A DNA stretch of 64,000 bases, from positions 544,001 to 608,000 of the forward strand of contig CAVVHE010000005.1 in NCBI GenBank assembly GCA_963748015.1, read 5' to 3'. Within the stretch, counting starts at the first letter, position 1. The number at the start of each line of letters is the position of its first letter. The position numbers and the translations under genes were made by a program. Below, in pieces: positions 49,303-60,546 of this stretch. The stretch comes from Terriglobia bacterium. Its GTDB lineage: Bacteria; Acidobacteriota; Polarisedimenticolia; Polarisedimenticolales; JAIQFR01. The notes beneath the pieces are model-generated. The model was not told the DNA's origin. It did no database searches and saw only the letters and a list, made by a program, of their open reading frames with translations.

Positions 49303-52194
49303 TCAGCGGACGTACTTCAGGTTGCCGAGCGGGACGGAGCGAAGCAGGCGGCTCCAGGCGTCGACACCTCGCGCGCCTGCCGCCGGCGTGCCCGCGACGG
49401 CGCGGGTGAGCTCGAGGTAGGGCGCCGAGGGGACGCCCGGCGGAACGGTCAATCGGAGCGCCTTCGCCGGCCGCAGCCAGCCGAGCACGAGACGGACCCA
49501 GCGGGCGGAATCCGCCGCACCGGCCTCCGCGCCGGCCGCGGGCGCGGCCCCTTTCGGCTCGCTCCGCGATACGAGATCCGCGGCCGCGCGCTCGGAAGCC
49601 TCCCGGACCCAGGGGTCGCTTGGCAACGCCTGCGCCGCCTCGGCGAGCGCCCACGCGGCGAACGCCTGCACCGCGGAGTCCTCCGCCAGCGCGCCCGACG
49701 GGAGCTGGGCGCCGAGGAGAGCGGCGAGCGCGGGCCTTCCCTGCGCGGGCGAGAGGCGCCCATCCTCCGCGAGATCGGACAGCACCCGGATCGCCGCGAG
49801 GAGCAGGCGGTCACCGGCTTCGGTGCCGTGCAGGGCGGCCACCCGTGCGGGGAGCGGCGCGGAGCGTGACGGGGAGGCGTAGGACGGATCGTCCCGGGTG
49901 TCCCATCCCCTTCCGGGAGACGCGACCGCTTTTCCCGCGACGGCGCCCGAGCCCGTGACCATCTCGGCCGCTTCCAAGGAAGCGCCTTGGGCGGAAAGAG
50001 CCGCGACCGGTGCGAGCATCGTCTGCTTGTAGGCCGCATTTCGCGGTACCGGCGGAGGCGCGCTCGACGCGCCCATCAGCCCTCCGACGACGCCTCCGAC
50101 GATCCCGCCGACGAAGCCGCGCGCGGAGTCCTTCTTGCCGCCGCCCCTCCCGGCGCGCTCGTCCTCGAGGGCGAGCCTCTCGTAATGGTCCTCGGCGACC
50201 GCCGCTGTCGGCGCGCTTCCGCCTTCCGCGGTCCCGGCCTTCGCGCAGATGGCGACGGGGCCCTCGCTGCCGAACACTCCCGCGAACGAGGTCCCCTCGG
50301 GGATCGGCAGGGCCTGGTCGATCCTCTCCGAGTTCCCGCCCGGGTTCACGACGCGCGAGTCGTCCACCGCGACGAACGAGGTGTACGGGCTCATCAGGCG
50401 GTACTCGAGGGCGAGTGCCGTGACCTCGGCCTCGATGGACGGCGGCGACTCTCCCCCGGGAAGGCTCAGGAGCAGCTCCTCGATCCGGTGGCGCGCCCAG
50501 ACCGAGGCGAGCGGGGCGTGCGCCGCCTCGCGCTCCGGGAGGGCCACCTGTAGCCTCTGCTCCCAGTAGCGGCCGCCGAGCTTCCCGCGAACGATCACCT
50601 CGCCCGCGCCGGCCGCGAGGTAGCGTCCGACGACGGTCAGGGTCTGCCCGGAACCGAGATCGGGGAGTTTCTCCGGCACGGGGTCCGCGACGGCGAGCGC
50701 GCCCCAGTCGATCGAGAGATCGGTCAGGTACGGCCTCGTGACCCACGAGCGGAACCGGTCCACGGCCTCGTCCGGGCTCTCGTCGGGGCGGACGAACACG
50801 TACGCTCCGCGGCCGAGGGCCGCCATGCGGTCGAGCAGGTAGTGGTTGACCGACGAGCCGATGCCGAACGTGTAGATGCGGGCCTGCCCGACGACGGGGG
50901 AGATCGCCGCGAGGATCTCGTGCTCGTTCCCGATGTACCCATCGGTCAGGAAGACCACGACCCGCAGCCGGTCCGGGTCCGGCGGACGGGCGAACGCCGC
51001 CTTGAAGCCCTCCAGCATCTCGGTACCGCCGCCCCCCTCGAGCGAGTCGAGCCACGCGAGGCCGCGCTCGACGGAGGCGGAGTCGTTCGGAAGCGGCTTG
51101 TCCGAAAGCATCGAGGAGCCGTTCGCGAACCGGATCAAGTCGAACGTGTCGCGCGGCCCCAGCGTCTTGAGGGACTCGCGTGCGAGCCGCTTCGACGCCT
51201 CGAGCGGGATGCCGCGCATGCTCCCGGACGTATCGAGCACGAAGAGAATCTCCTTGGGAGCCGCCTCGAGGGCGCTCACCTCCCCCTTCGGCTGGACGAG
51301 CAGCGTGAAGAAGCCGTCGCCGCGCTCGCGATGGGCGAGGAAGCCGATCGCCGGCTTCTCGGAGGACACGCTCCAGCGGAGCATGAAGTCCTTGTTCGGG
51401 ATCGCGTCGTCCGGGGCGAGCGACACCCGCGCGGTCGAGCGCGCCGGGCTCCGGGCAAGGATGCGGTGGCTCGGGCTCGCGAGGTTCACGATGGGAACGC
51501 CCGCGTCGAGCGACACCTCGATCTCGACATCGTGGCCCGACCGGTAACCCGGCTTCAGGACCGGCGGCGTGATCCGGCCGGCGTCGGGCACCCGGGGAGC
51601 CGGCTTCGCCCTTCCGGTCGCGATCGCGCCGGCCGGGGCGCCGCCTCCCGGGACGTACCGCGGCCCGACCACCAGCGGGAACGTGTAACGGTAAGTGCCG
51701 GCGTCGTAGCGCAGGGTTTCAACCGTCCGGAGGCGCACGCGGATCTCGCGCCCGGGCTCGAGGTTCGCGATGGATTGGGTGAAGATGTTGGGCCGCTCCT
51801 GCTCGAGGAGCGCCGCCTGGTAGCCGGCCTCCCGGGCCGACTCGTAGATCTGCCGCGCCTCCTCGCGCCGCTTGATCTCCCCCTTGATCGTCCGGTCGCC
51901 CACGACGAGCTCGAAATCGTCCACGGCCGCGCGGTCGCCGAGCGGGAAGGTGTAGACCGCCTCGACCGGGTGGTCGTAGGGATTGACGAAGGTCTGCTCG
52001 ACCACGGTTCGCGCGACGAAGGCGGAGATCTCCGCCGTCACCCTGGTGTGGCGGAGGGGCATCTCCACGATCGCGCCGCCGGGCTCCGTGACCCGGAGGG
52101 CGCCGGGGGTCGCCGGGTCGTCCGCGGCGGAAGCGGCGGAGGCGAGGAGCAGGGTCGCGATGGCGAGAAAGCAGGCCGGGCTCGTGGGTCTCAT
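49303..52194 (-). CDS. Exported VIT plus von Willebrand A domain protein
   Basis: Signal peptide from ATG 52194; EAVYTFPL, LLEQERPNIF (VIT); DTSGSM MIDAS, GGGGT, FLTDG; SPYTSFVAVD. Confidence 0.9.
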   Translation of the reverse strand: MRPTSPACFLAIATLLLASAASAADDPATPGALRVTEPGGAIVEMPLRHTRVTAEISAFVARTVVEQTFVNPYDHPVEAVYTFPLGDRAAVDDFELVVGDRTIKGEIKRREEARQIYESAREAGYQAALLEQERPNIFTQSIANLEPGREIRVRLRTVETLRYDAGTYRYTFPLVVGPRYVPGGGAPAGAIATGRAKPAPRVPDAGRITPPVLKPGYRSGHDVEIEVSLDAGVPIVNLASPSHRILARSPARSTARVSLAPDDAIPNKDFMLRWSVSSEKPAIGFLAHRERGDGFFTLLVQPKGEVSALEAAPKEILFVLDTSGSMRGIPLEASKRLARESLKTLGPRDTFDLIRFANGSSMLSDKPLPNDSASVERGLAWLDSLEGGGGTEMLEGFKAAFARPPDPDRLRVVVFLTDGYIGNEHEILAAISPVVGQARIYTFGIGSSVNHYLLDRMAALGRGAYVFVRPDESPDEAVDRFRSWVTRPYLTDLSIDWGALAVADPVPEKLPDLGSGQTLTVVGRYLAAGAGEVIVRGKLGGRYWEQRLQVALPEREAAHAPLASVWARHRIEELLLSLPGGESPPSIEAEVTALALEYRLMSPYTSFVAVDDSRVVNPGGNSERIDQALPIPEGTSFAGVFGSEGPVAICAKAGTAEGGSAPTAAVAEDHYERLALEDERAGRGGGKKDSARGFVGGIVGGVVGGLMGASSAPPPVPRNAAYKQTMLAPVAALSAQGASLEAAEMVTGSGAVAGKAVASPGRGWDTRDDPSYASPSRSAPLPARVAALHGTEAGDRLLLAAIRVLSDLAEDGRLSPAQGRPALAALLGAQLPSGALAEDSAVQAFAAWALAEAAQALPSDPWVREASERAAADLVSRSEPKGAAPAAGAEAGAADSARWVRLVLGWLRPAKALRLTVPPGVPSAPYLELTRAVAGTPAAGARGVDAWSRLLRSVPLGNLKYVR

Positions 52195-52313
52195 GGCGCG
52201 TCCTCCCGTCAGCAGGGTTCGGAACATGCCTGTGAGACCGTTGTACGCCCTCGAAGTTCCCGACGGCAGGAGGGCGGGGCCGAAGCCGCGGATTCGTCCC
52301 CGCGCGGGGGGGG

Positions 52314-53444
52314 TCAGTCCAGGCTCTTCCTGAACCGCCTCGAGGCCAGGGCGAAGACCACGGCGCCGATCCCCGCGAGGATCGCCCCTTCCCGCCAGAG
52401 CACGTCGATCCCGGACCCCTTGAGGAAGATCCCGCGGACGATGTCGTTGTAGTAGCGGAGAGGGATCACGACGGTTCCGTAACGGATCGCGGGCGGCATG
52501 TTCTCGATCGGGAAGATCAGCCCGGACAGGAGGATCATCGGCATCATGAACACGAAGGCCGAGGTCATCATCGCCTGCTGCTGCGTCCGCACCAGCGCCG
52601 AAACGAACAGCCCGAGCCCGAGGGTCGTCAGCAGGAAAGGCACCGTCAGGAGCGCCAGGAGCGCGAACGAGCCCCGGAGCGGGACGCGGAACAGGAACAC
52701 CACCAGCGCCGAGACCAGGACCAGGTCCGCCATCCCGATCACCGCGAACGGCGCCAGCTTGCCGAGGATCATCTGCCACGGACGGACCGGCGTGACGCTC
52801 AGCTGCTCCAGCGTGCCGATCTCCTTCTCGCGCACGACCGCCACCGACGGGAGGATCATGGTGATCAGCATGAGGGTCATCGCGAGGATCGCGGGGACGT
52901 AGAACCAGCGCGTGGCGAGATCCGGGTTGTACCAGACCCGCGGGACCAGCTCGACCGCCGCCGGCCGCGGCGCGCCACGTCCCGAAGCCGCGAGGCGGTT
53001 CGCGACCATCTTCGCCCCCGCCGCGGCGACGATTCGCGAAGCGTAGCCGAGGCCGACCACCGCCGAGTTGGAGTCGCTGCCGTCCGCGATCACCTGCACC
53101 CTCGGAGCGCGCCCCGCCTCCACGGCCTCGCCGTATCCCGCGCCGATCACCAGCGCGACCTGCGCCTTGCCGCTCACGAGCCACGCCTCGACATGGCCCG
53201 TCTCGTCCTCCGTGCCCGCCAGCCGGAAGTAGCCCGACCCCTCGAACCGGTCGAGGAGCGCGCGGCTCGCCGCGGTGCGGTCCTGGTCCACGAGCAGGAG
53301 GGGGATGTCCTTCACGTCCATGTTCGCCGCGTAGCCGAGTGCCAGGAGCTGCATGATCGGGCCGACCACCAGCGCCGGGATCATCTTCTTGTCCCGGCGG
53401 AGCTGGATGAACTCCTTGAGGATCACGTGGAGGAGGACGCGCAC
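52314..53444 (-). CDS. ABC-2 type permease (YbhR-like)
   Basis: KEFIQLRRD, VREKEIGTLEQL, LSGLIFPIENMP. Confidence 0.88.
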   Translation of the reverse strand: MRVLLHVILKEFIQLRRDKKMIPALVVGPIMQLLALGYAANMDVKDIPLLLVDQDRTAASRALLDRFEGSGYFRLAGTEDETGHVEAWLVSGKAQVALVIGAGYGEAVEAGRAPRVQVIADGSDSNSAVVGLGYASRIVAAAGAKMVANRLAASGRGAPRPAAVELVPRVWYNPDLATRWFYVPAILAMTLMLITMILPSVAVVREKEIGTLEQLSVTPVRPWQMILGKLAPFAVIGMADLVLVSALVVFLFRVPLRGSFALLALLTVPFLLTTLGLGLFVSALVRTQQQAMMTSAFVFMMPMILLSGLIFPIENMPPAIRYGTVVIPLRYYNDIVRGIFLKGSGIDVLWREGAILAGIGAVVFALASRRFRKSLD

Positions 53445-53446
53445 GA

Positions 53447-54571
53447 TCAGACCTCCCGCCGGACCAGCCGGACCCACGCGAGCGCCAGGACCCCCGCCGC
53501 GAACAGGGCGAGGAACCCCAGCTCGGGGAGGAACGCTCCGAGGCCGGCCCCCTTGAGCATCACCCCGCGCACGATCACCAGGTAGTAACGGGCGGGGACG
53601 ATCCGTCGTGATCGCCTGGAGAACCGCCGGCATCGAGCGGATCGTGAAGATGAACCCCGAGAGGAAGATCGCCGGGAGCATCGAGGTCAGGAAGCCCAGC
53701 TGGAACGCCATCGCCTGGGAGCCGGCGAAGCTCGAGACGAGAAGCCCCTGGCCGAGCGCGCCGATCAGGTAAAGCAGCGTCGCGAGGAACAGGTCGAGGT
53801 ACGGTCCCCCTCACGGCGACCCCGAACAGGAACCGCGACGCGACGACGATCATCACCGTGGCCGCCAGCGAGATCACGAGGTACGGGAGGGTCTTCCCGA
53901 CGATCAGCTCGCCGGGCCGGAGCGAGGTCACGCGGAGCTGCTCCATGGTCCCCCGCTCCTTCTCGCGCACGACGGAGAGGGCGGTGGACAGCACCGCGGT
54001 GAGCATCATGATGAAGCCGATGAGCCCCGGGACCAGGAAGAGGGTGGACTTCAGCTCGGGGTTGTACCAGACCCGCGGCTCGTACCCGATCGGCACCGCC
54101 TCGATCGTCCCGCCCGCCGCCTCGCGGGCGAGCGCGGCGTTCGCCGCCGCGACGAGACCCGACGGCGTAGCCGAGCACCGTGGTGGCCGTGTTGGCGTCG
54201 CTCCCGTCGAGGAGCAGCTGGACCTTCGCGGTGCGCCCCGCGGCGAGCTCGGCGCGCGTAGCGCTCCGGGATCACCAGCACCGCCTTCGCGATCCGCCGC
54301 CGCGTGACGTCCACGAGGTCGGCCCCGGCGGGGAGGTCCGCCACGAGGTCGAAGTAGGTCGAGTTGACGAAGGAGGCCGTCAGATCGCGGCTCGCGGCGC
54401 TCCTGTCCCGGTCCTGACTGCGCGAGGCGGACGTGCCGCACGTCGAAGTTCACGCGCGTAGCCGTAGAGGAGCAGCATCGCGGTCGGCATGCCGAGGAGG
54501 AGGAGCAGGCTCAGGGGGTCGCGCGAGGCCTGCCGCAGCTCCTTGAGGGCGACGGCCCAGATCTTCCTCAT
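53447..54571 (-). CDS. ABC-2 type permease (YbhS-like), interrupted by several frameshifts
   Basis: Fragments [20 protein letters not shown]...VREKERGTMEQL, LSGFIFTIRSMP in different frames. Confidence 0.75.
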
Positions 54572-55525
54572 GGGCGGCCGCCGGCCGCGCCCGCGGCGTC
54601 CTCGCGCTCGATGTAGTGGATGAACACGTCCTCGAGCGACGGCACGATCCGCTCGGCGGCCGCCGGGACGTTCCCGTCGCGCTCGAGGGCGTTCGAGGAC
54701 CCGCCGCCGCCCTTCCTCGGCGTCCTCGACCACGACGTGCAGCCGGGTGCCGAACACCGACGTCTCGAGCGCCCAGCTCTCCCCCTCGAGGCTGCGGAAC
54801 GCGTCGAGGAACCTCGGCGCGCGGATCTCGAGCACCGCCCTCCCCGCGAACACCTCCTTCAGCTCCCGCACGCTGCCGAGGGCCACCAGGCGGCCGGCGT
54901 GCATCAGCGCGATCCTCGAGCAGTGCTCGGCCTCGTCGAGGTAGTGGGTGGTCACGATGACCGTGACGCCTTCCCCCGCCATCGTCGTCGATCAGCCCCC
55001 AGAACCTCCGCCGCGAGATCGGGTCGACACCGCCGGTCGGCTCGTCGAGGAACACCAGCCTCGGCCGGTGCAGCACCGCGCAGGCCAGCGCCAGGCGCTG
55101 CTTCCACCCGCCGGGGAGCGAGCCGGTGAGGAGGTCCTCCTTCCCCTCGAGGCCGGACATCGCCACCGCCCACGCCGAGCGCTCCTCCGCCTCCTTCCCG
55201 CGGAGGCCGTAGACGCCGCCGAAGAACCGGAGGTTCTCGCGCACGGTGAGGTCCTCGTAGAGGCTGAAGCGCTGGGTCATGTAGCCGATGCGGCGCTTGA
55301 CCTCCTCCGGGTCCGCGACGACGTCGGTGCCGAGGACGCAGCCCCCGGCCCGAGGTCGGCGTCGAGCAGCCCCACGAGCATCCGGATCGCGGTGGACTTG
55401 CCGGCGCCGTTGCTGCCGAGGAGGCCGAACACCTCCCCTTCCTCGACGCGGAAGGAGAGGCGGTCCACCGCGGTGAACGCGCCGAACCGCTTGGTGAGCC
55501 CCTCGACCTCGAGCGCGGCGGCCAC
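54568..55525 (-). CDS. ABC transporter ATP-binding protein, frameshifted
   Basis: [27 protein letters not shown] and TTHYLDEAE spread over different frames. Confidence 0.8.
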
Positions 55526-55527
55526 GC

Positions 55528-56904
55528 CTATCTCCCGACCGCGCGGTCGAGACTCGCGACCGCCATCCGGAGACCCGCGAACGCCGCGGTCCGCTCGAGC
55601 CCGGCGCGGAGGAGCCCGGTCTCGGCATCCAGGAGATCCGAGGAGAGACCGACGCCCGCACGGTAGCGGTCGGCGGAGACCCTGCGGTTCTCCTCCGCCG
55701 AGGCGAGGCCGCTCGACGCGACGGTGACCGCGGCGCCGGCGGTCCTCGCGTCGAGGAGGCGCGCCGTGACGTCGAGCCGGATCCGCCGGTCGAGGTCGTC
55801 GATCTGCTTTCGGATCGCATCCGCCTGCGCCGCCGCCTGCGCGACCGCCGCCCGCGTCCGCCCGCCGTCGAGGACGCTCAGGGAGAGGCCGACGCCGACG
55901 TTCCAGCTGGACTTCCAGACGTCCTGCGGCGGGAGGTAGTGCGCGTTCGGGTCCGCGTAGTCGTACGCCGCCGCCGCGCTGACCTGCGGGTAGCGGGACG
56001 ACCGCTGCGCCTCGACCCGCGCCTCGGCGGCGGCGAGCCGCGCCGCGAGCGCCGCCCGCTCCGGGCGCGCCGCGAGCGCTTCCTGCACCAGCTTCTCGAG
56101 GCTCTCCGGAAGGGCCTCCGCGGTCTCCAGGGAATCGGCGGCCTCGATCCGGGTCTCGGGCGGAAGGCCGAGAAGGCGGACGAGGTTGGCGTTGGCGATC
56201 TCGGCCGCGTTGTCCGCCCGGAGCGCCGCGAGGCGCGCCCGGTCGCGCTCGACCTCGACCGCGAGGACCTCGTTGCGCGCCGCCATGCCGAACTTCTCGC
56301 GGTTCCTCGCGTCGGCGAGATGCGCCTCGAAGGTGTCGAGCGCGCCGGCGACGACCGAGGCGCTCTCCCGCGCGGTCACGAGCGACCAGTACGCCGCGGT
56401 GGTCTCGAGCGTCAGGTCGTCGAGGCCGGCCCGGGTCTCGCTCGCCGCCGCCTCGCGGTCGCCGGTGGCGGCGGCGATGCCGCTCTCGATCCTGCGCCCG
56501 GTGTAGAGCGGCGCGGTCACGGCGAGGCGCGTCCGCCAGTTGTCGGGGATGTCCTCGAAGACCGTCACCCCGATGGGGGGCGGCAGCTTGAACTCGGGGA
56601 TCCTCGAGTTCCGCGCGTAGCTGGCGGTGAGGTCGAGGGAGGGCAACCGCTGCGCCTTGGCGCCCGCGATGCCGGCGTCGGCCGCCGACTCGAGGGCGCG
56701 AAGCTGGGCGACGCGCGGCGACTGGTCCCTCGCGCGCGCGACCGCCTCGGCCAGCGTGAAGCGGACCGCCGGGCTCGACTCGTCGCGGCGCGAAGCCTGC
56801 CCCGGCCCGGCTTCCGGCGGCACGGGCTCGTCGTTCGCGGCGGCGGCAAGGGCCGGCGCGGCGGCGAGCAGGAACGCGAGGGCACCCGCGACGACGCGGC
56901 TCAT
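55528..56904 (-). CDS. TolC family outer membrane efflux protein
   Basis: Signal peptide; LPSLDL, PLYTG, YPQVS, RYRAG...DLLDAE. Confidence 0.9.
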   Translation of the reverse strand: MSRVVAGALAFLLAAAPALAAAANDEPVPPEAGPGQASRRDESSPAVRFTLAEAVARARDQSPRVAQLRALESAADAGIAGAKAQRLPSLDLTASYARNSRIPEFKLPPPIGVTVFEDIPDNWRTRLAVTAPLYTGRRIESGIAAATGDREAAASETRAGLDDLTLETTAAYWSLVTARESASVVAGALDTFEAHLADARNREKFGMAARNEVLAVEVERDRARLAALRADNAAEIANANLVRLLGLPPETRIEAADSLETAEALPESLEKLVQEALAARPERAALAARLAAAEARVEAQRSSRYPQVSAAAAYDYADPNAHYLPPQDVWKSSWNVGVGLSLSVLDGGRTRAAVAQAAAQADAIRKQIDDLDRRIRLDVTARLLDARTAGAAVTVASSGLASAEENRRVSADRYRAGVGLSSDLLDAETGLLRAGLERTAAFAGLRMAVASLDRAVGR

Positions 56905-57872
56905 GGCGACACCTCTTTACCCGCGTCCGCGTTCTCCGCGTCGCGGATCCTTGCGATGAAGACGTCCTCGAGGGAAGGCACCGTCGGCCGGGCCGACTCG
57001 ACGACGATCCCCGCGGCGGCGAGGTCCGAGGCGATCCTCCGCGCGGCCTCGTCCGCGGCCGCGGGGCCGGCGCCCGGAAGGGTCGCGTGGAGCCTCTCGC
57101 CGAACGACTGGACGTCGGCGACCCCCGCCATCCCGGAGAGCAGCTCCGCGGCCCGCCGCCGCGGCGACGCCAGCACCTCGACGATCGCCGCCCCGGACGA
57201 CGCACGGAGCGCCGCGGGCTCGTTCACGCTCAGGAGCCGGCCCCGGCTCATCAGCGCCACCCTGCGGCATCGCTCCGCCTCGTCGAGGTACGGCGTCGTG
57301 AGGAGGATCGTGAGCCCGTCGCGCTCGAGCCCCGACAGGATCTTCCAGAAGTCCCGCCGCGACACGGGGTCCACCCCGGTCGTCGGCTCGTCGAGGACGA
57401 GGAGCTCCGGCGTGTGGATGAGATTGCAGGCGAGCGCGAGCTTCTGCTTCATCCCGCCCGAGAGCCGGTCCGCGAGGCGCGTCCTGAACGGGGCGAGCCT
57501 CAGGGTCTCGAGCAGCTCGTCGCGGCGCGCCCGCCACCGCCGCACCCCGTGGACCTGCGCGAAGAAGCCGACGTTCTCGTCCACCGACAGGTCGCCGTAG
57601 AGGGAGAAGCGCTGGGGGAGGTAGCCGACGCGCCGCGACAGGTCGCGGGCGCGGCGCACCGGGTCCACCCCGAGCGTGCGCACGGTCCCCGCGCCCGGCG
57701 CGAGCAGGCCGAGGACCATCCGGAGCGTCGTGGTCTTCCCGGCGCCGTCCGGCCCGATGATCCCGAACGTCTCCCCGGGCGCGACGTCGAACGAGACGCC
57801 GTCCACCGCGGTGACGGCGCCGAAGCGGCGGACCGCCCCCTCGAGCGCGACGACCGGTCCCGCGTCGCTCAT
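56901..57872 (-). CDS. ABC transporter ATP-binding protein
   Basis: [28 protein letters not shown]. Confidence 0.93.
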   Translation of the reverse strand: MSDAGPVVALEGAVRRFGAVTAVDGVSFDVAPGETFGIIGPDGAGKTTTLRMVLGLLAPGAGTVRTLGVDPVRRARDLSRRVGYLPQRFSLYGDLSVDENVGFFAQVHGVRRWRARRDELLETLRLAPFRTRLADRLSGGMKQKLALACNLIHTPELLVLDEPTTGVDPVSRRDFWKILSGLERDGLTILLTTPYLDEAERCRRVALMSRGRLLSVNEPAALRASSGAAIVEVLASPRRRAAELLSGMAGVADVQSFGERLHATLPGAGPAAADEAARRIASDLAAAGIVVESARPTVPSLEDVFIARIRDAENADAGKEVSP

Positions 57873-58845
57873 CGCGCGGCGTCGGCGGCCCGGAGCCTCG
57901 CCTCGGCGGGCATTCCGGGCTTGAAGAGGCCATCCTTGTTCTCGAGGCCGATCTTGACCTTGTAGACCAGCTTCACCCGCTCGTCGCGCGTCTGCACGTT
58001 CTTCGGCGTGAACTCGGCCTTCGAGGCGATGAAGGTGACCTTCCCCTTCCGCGTCTGCCCGTCGTCGGTGACCACCTCCGCCTCCTGCCCGAGCCGGATC
58101 CGCCCGAGGTCGGGCTCGCCGACGTAAACCGTGAGCCAGGCGTCGTCGAGGTCGGTGATCACGCAGAGGGGCGCCCCGGGGGGAGCAGCTCCCCTTGCTC
58201 GGCGATCTTCTCGGTCACGATCCCCGCGAGCGGGCTCGCCGTGACCGCGTCCCTCGCCTGCTGCTCCAGCTGGGCGATGCGCGCGTCCGCCGCCGCGAGA
58301 CGCGCGCGCGCCGCGTCGATCTCCTCCGCGCGCGAGCCCGATCGCAGCTTGTGAAGCGTCTCGCGGGAAGCGTCGAGCCTGGCCACCGCGACGTCGCGCC
58401 GGGTCAGCGCGTCGTCGCGGGACTTCGTCGTGCCGGAACCCGCGTCGAGCAGCCCCTGGAGCCGGTCGAGGTCCCGCTGCGCGCCGTCGAGGTCGGCCCG
58501 CGCCTGCGCCACCTGCGCCTCGGCCCCGGCGACGTCCTCCTTGCGGGAGCCGGCGACGCGGAGCCGCAGCTCGGCCTCGGCCTGGCCCCGGTCGGCCTTC
58601 GCCCCGTCGAGCGCGAGCCCGATGTCGGTCGCGTCGATGCGGGCGAGCTCCTGCCCCGGCGTCGTGCGGTCGCCCTCGTGGACCGCGAAGAGCACGAGCC
58701 GTCCTCCGATCTTGGTCGAGATCCGCACGTCGGTGGCCTCGACGTGCCCCGAGGCGACGATGAGCGACGGATCGTTCCGGTCGCCGCAGGCGGCGGCCGC
58801 GAGGGCCATGGGAACGACGAATGCGAGGCGCCAGCTTCTCGTCAT
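57869..58845 (-). CDS. HlyD/YbhG family membrane fusion lipoprotein; frameshift near 58170
   Basis: Lipobox AAAC; SGHVEA, coiled coil, SPLAG; C-terminal AEFTPKNVQTRDER in a second frame. Confidence 0.85.
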
Positions 58846-58855
58846 GACCGTGCTC

Positions 58856-59542
58856 CTATCGTGCCGGGCCGTCCGCCGCGGCGGGGGACGCGCCGGACTC
58901 GCGAACGAGGCCGCGAACGAGGATCTCCTGCAGGTTGGCGATGAAGGCTTCGGGCTCGGGCGCCCGCGCGACGGGAAGCTCCCCGTCGGCGATGAGGCGG
59001 GCCCTCATCGGCTCCGTGGCGAAGAAGAAGAGCAGGCTCCCCATCACGACGAGGTGGGTGAGGACCGGATCCACCGCGCGAAACGTGCCCTCCTCGATCC
59101 CCCGCTCGTAGATCCTCCGTACCTTGACGAACATGTCGCGGAAGGCCGGGAGGACCCTTTCGCCCAGATGGCGGCCTCCCGAGATCGCCTCGCGCATCAT
59201 CATCGCGGGGAAGTGCGGACGGCGAGCGGTCAGCTCGCCGAACATCCCGGCGAAGGCGCGCAGCGTCTCGTCCGCCGGGCCGCTTCCCTCGAGGAGGGTC
59301 TCGATCCCCGAGCCGACCTCGCTGAAGGTCGAGATCAGGATCCGCTCGTAGAGCCGCTCCTTGCCGCCGAAGTAGTAGCTGATCATCGCCTTGTTGGCGC
59401 GGGCCCTCCGGGCGATCATGTCCACCGTCGTCCCGTCGAAGCCGTGCGTGGCGAACAACTCGGACCCGGCCTCGAGCAAGGCCTCTCTCGTCGCCTCGGG
59501 ATCCCGCTGGCCTTTGACCCGTTCCCCCGCTTGAGCCTTCAT
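58856..59542 (-). CDS. TetR/AcrR family regulator
   Basis: ELFATHGFDGTTVDMIARRA...ISYYFGGKERLY. Confidence 0.92.
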   Translation of the reverse strand: MKAQAGERVKGQRDPEATREALLEAGSELFATHGFDGTTVDMIARRARANKAMISYYFGGKERLYERILISTFSEVGSGIETLLEGSGPADETLRAFAGMFGELTARRPHFPAMMMREAISGGRHLGERVLPAFRDMFVKVRRIYERGIEEGTFRAVDPVLTHLVVMGSLLFFFATEPMRARLIADGELPVARAPEPEAFIANLQEILVRGLVRESGASPAAADGPAR

Positions 59543-59550
59543 CGGGCCTC

Positions 59551-59615
59551 CAATTGACCGAACGTTCTAATTAAACGTTTGTATAACATAATACGACGAC
59601 AGGACGGCCTGTCAA
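59551..59615 (-). promoter_or_regulatory. Promoter and probable TetR operator of the efflux operon
   Basis: Minus strand TTGACA-16bp-TATTAT followed by AAACGTTTAATTAGAACGTT (paired AACGTT palindromes). Confidence 0.65.
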
Positions 59616-59695
59616 GGGAATCACCGAGCGGTGCCGGACCGGCCGGGAGCCCGTCCGAGTAACCCCGTGGGCCGCGCGAATACTCGGACGGGCTC

Positions 59696-60391
59696 CTAGG
59701 GTTTTTCTGCCGTGGGCGCCCGCCTTGGGGCGATCCCCACGCTCCGGTCGAGCGCGGGGAGGAGGGCCGTGAAGACGCGGGCGGCCTCGTCGACGAGCCA
59801 GGTCCCGGACAGCCGCTCCCTGGCCTCGGGAAAGTCGTGGCGGACGCCGATCTCCCACCAGACCCCGCGCCGCCGGACTTCCTCGAACGACCCGGCCCAG
59901 TCGGTGGCCGACTCGAACACGCGGCGGGAGCCCTCGGGCCACGGCGCGGCCGCGTAGACCCGGAAAGCCAGGCCGTGCTCGCGGGCGACCTCCACGAGCG
60001 CGGCCCCCAGCCCGCCGTGCCGGCAGAGGAACTCGAAGCGCCCGAAGCCGGCCGCCCCGGTGTCCCAGGCGAGGCGGACCGCGACGTGATCCGGGTGCAC
60101 GCCCACGTTGAGCTGCGCCGCGGCCTGGTAGCCGTGCGCCTCGTGGGAGATCGCCAGCCAGGTGCAGAACGGCTGGTACCCCGCCGGCCAGTCGAGGCGC
60201 GGGAGGTGCGCGTGGAGCGGGGACGGCGTGAGCGGGCCCAGCATCTCGAGGAGGTCGTCGCCGAGGAGCTTCAGCGCGGGGTGGAACCCGGCGAGGATCG
60301 CCCTCCGCCGCCGCTCGCGGTCGTGGATCGCGAACGCCTCGAACGCCTCCGCGGGCAGCCCTTCGAACCGCGGTGCCGGGCGAAACAGCAT
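59696..60391 (-). CDS. Hypothetical protein resembling DUF1054/UPF0637
   Basis: AFEAFAI...HPALKLLG...TWLAIS..GY..AQLNVG recalls the YktB-like family. Confidence 0.55.
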   Translation of the reverse strand: MLFRPAPRFEGLPAEAFEAFAIHDRERRRRAILAGFHPALKLLGDDLLEMLGPLTPSPLHAHLPRLDWPAGYQPFCTWLAISHEAHGYQAAAQLNVGVHPDHVAVRLAWDTGAAGFGRFEFLCRHGGLGAALVEVAREHGLAFRVYAAAPWPEGSRRVFESATDWAGSFEEVRRRGVWWEIGVRHDFPEARERLSGTWLVDEAARVFTALLPALDRSVGIAPRRAPTAEKP

Positions 60392-60546
60392 GCTCTCCTC
60401 GCCTCGCCGCGCCTCCATTATCCCATGTCGCGTGGGGGGTTGGAACCCGCGGGGCCAGATGGCGTAGACTCCCCCCTCAAGTGTTCAGGACCGCTGGCCG
60501 AGGGAGCCTCCGCGAGGGAGGCGACGGGTCGGCGTGCGAGGATGGT

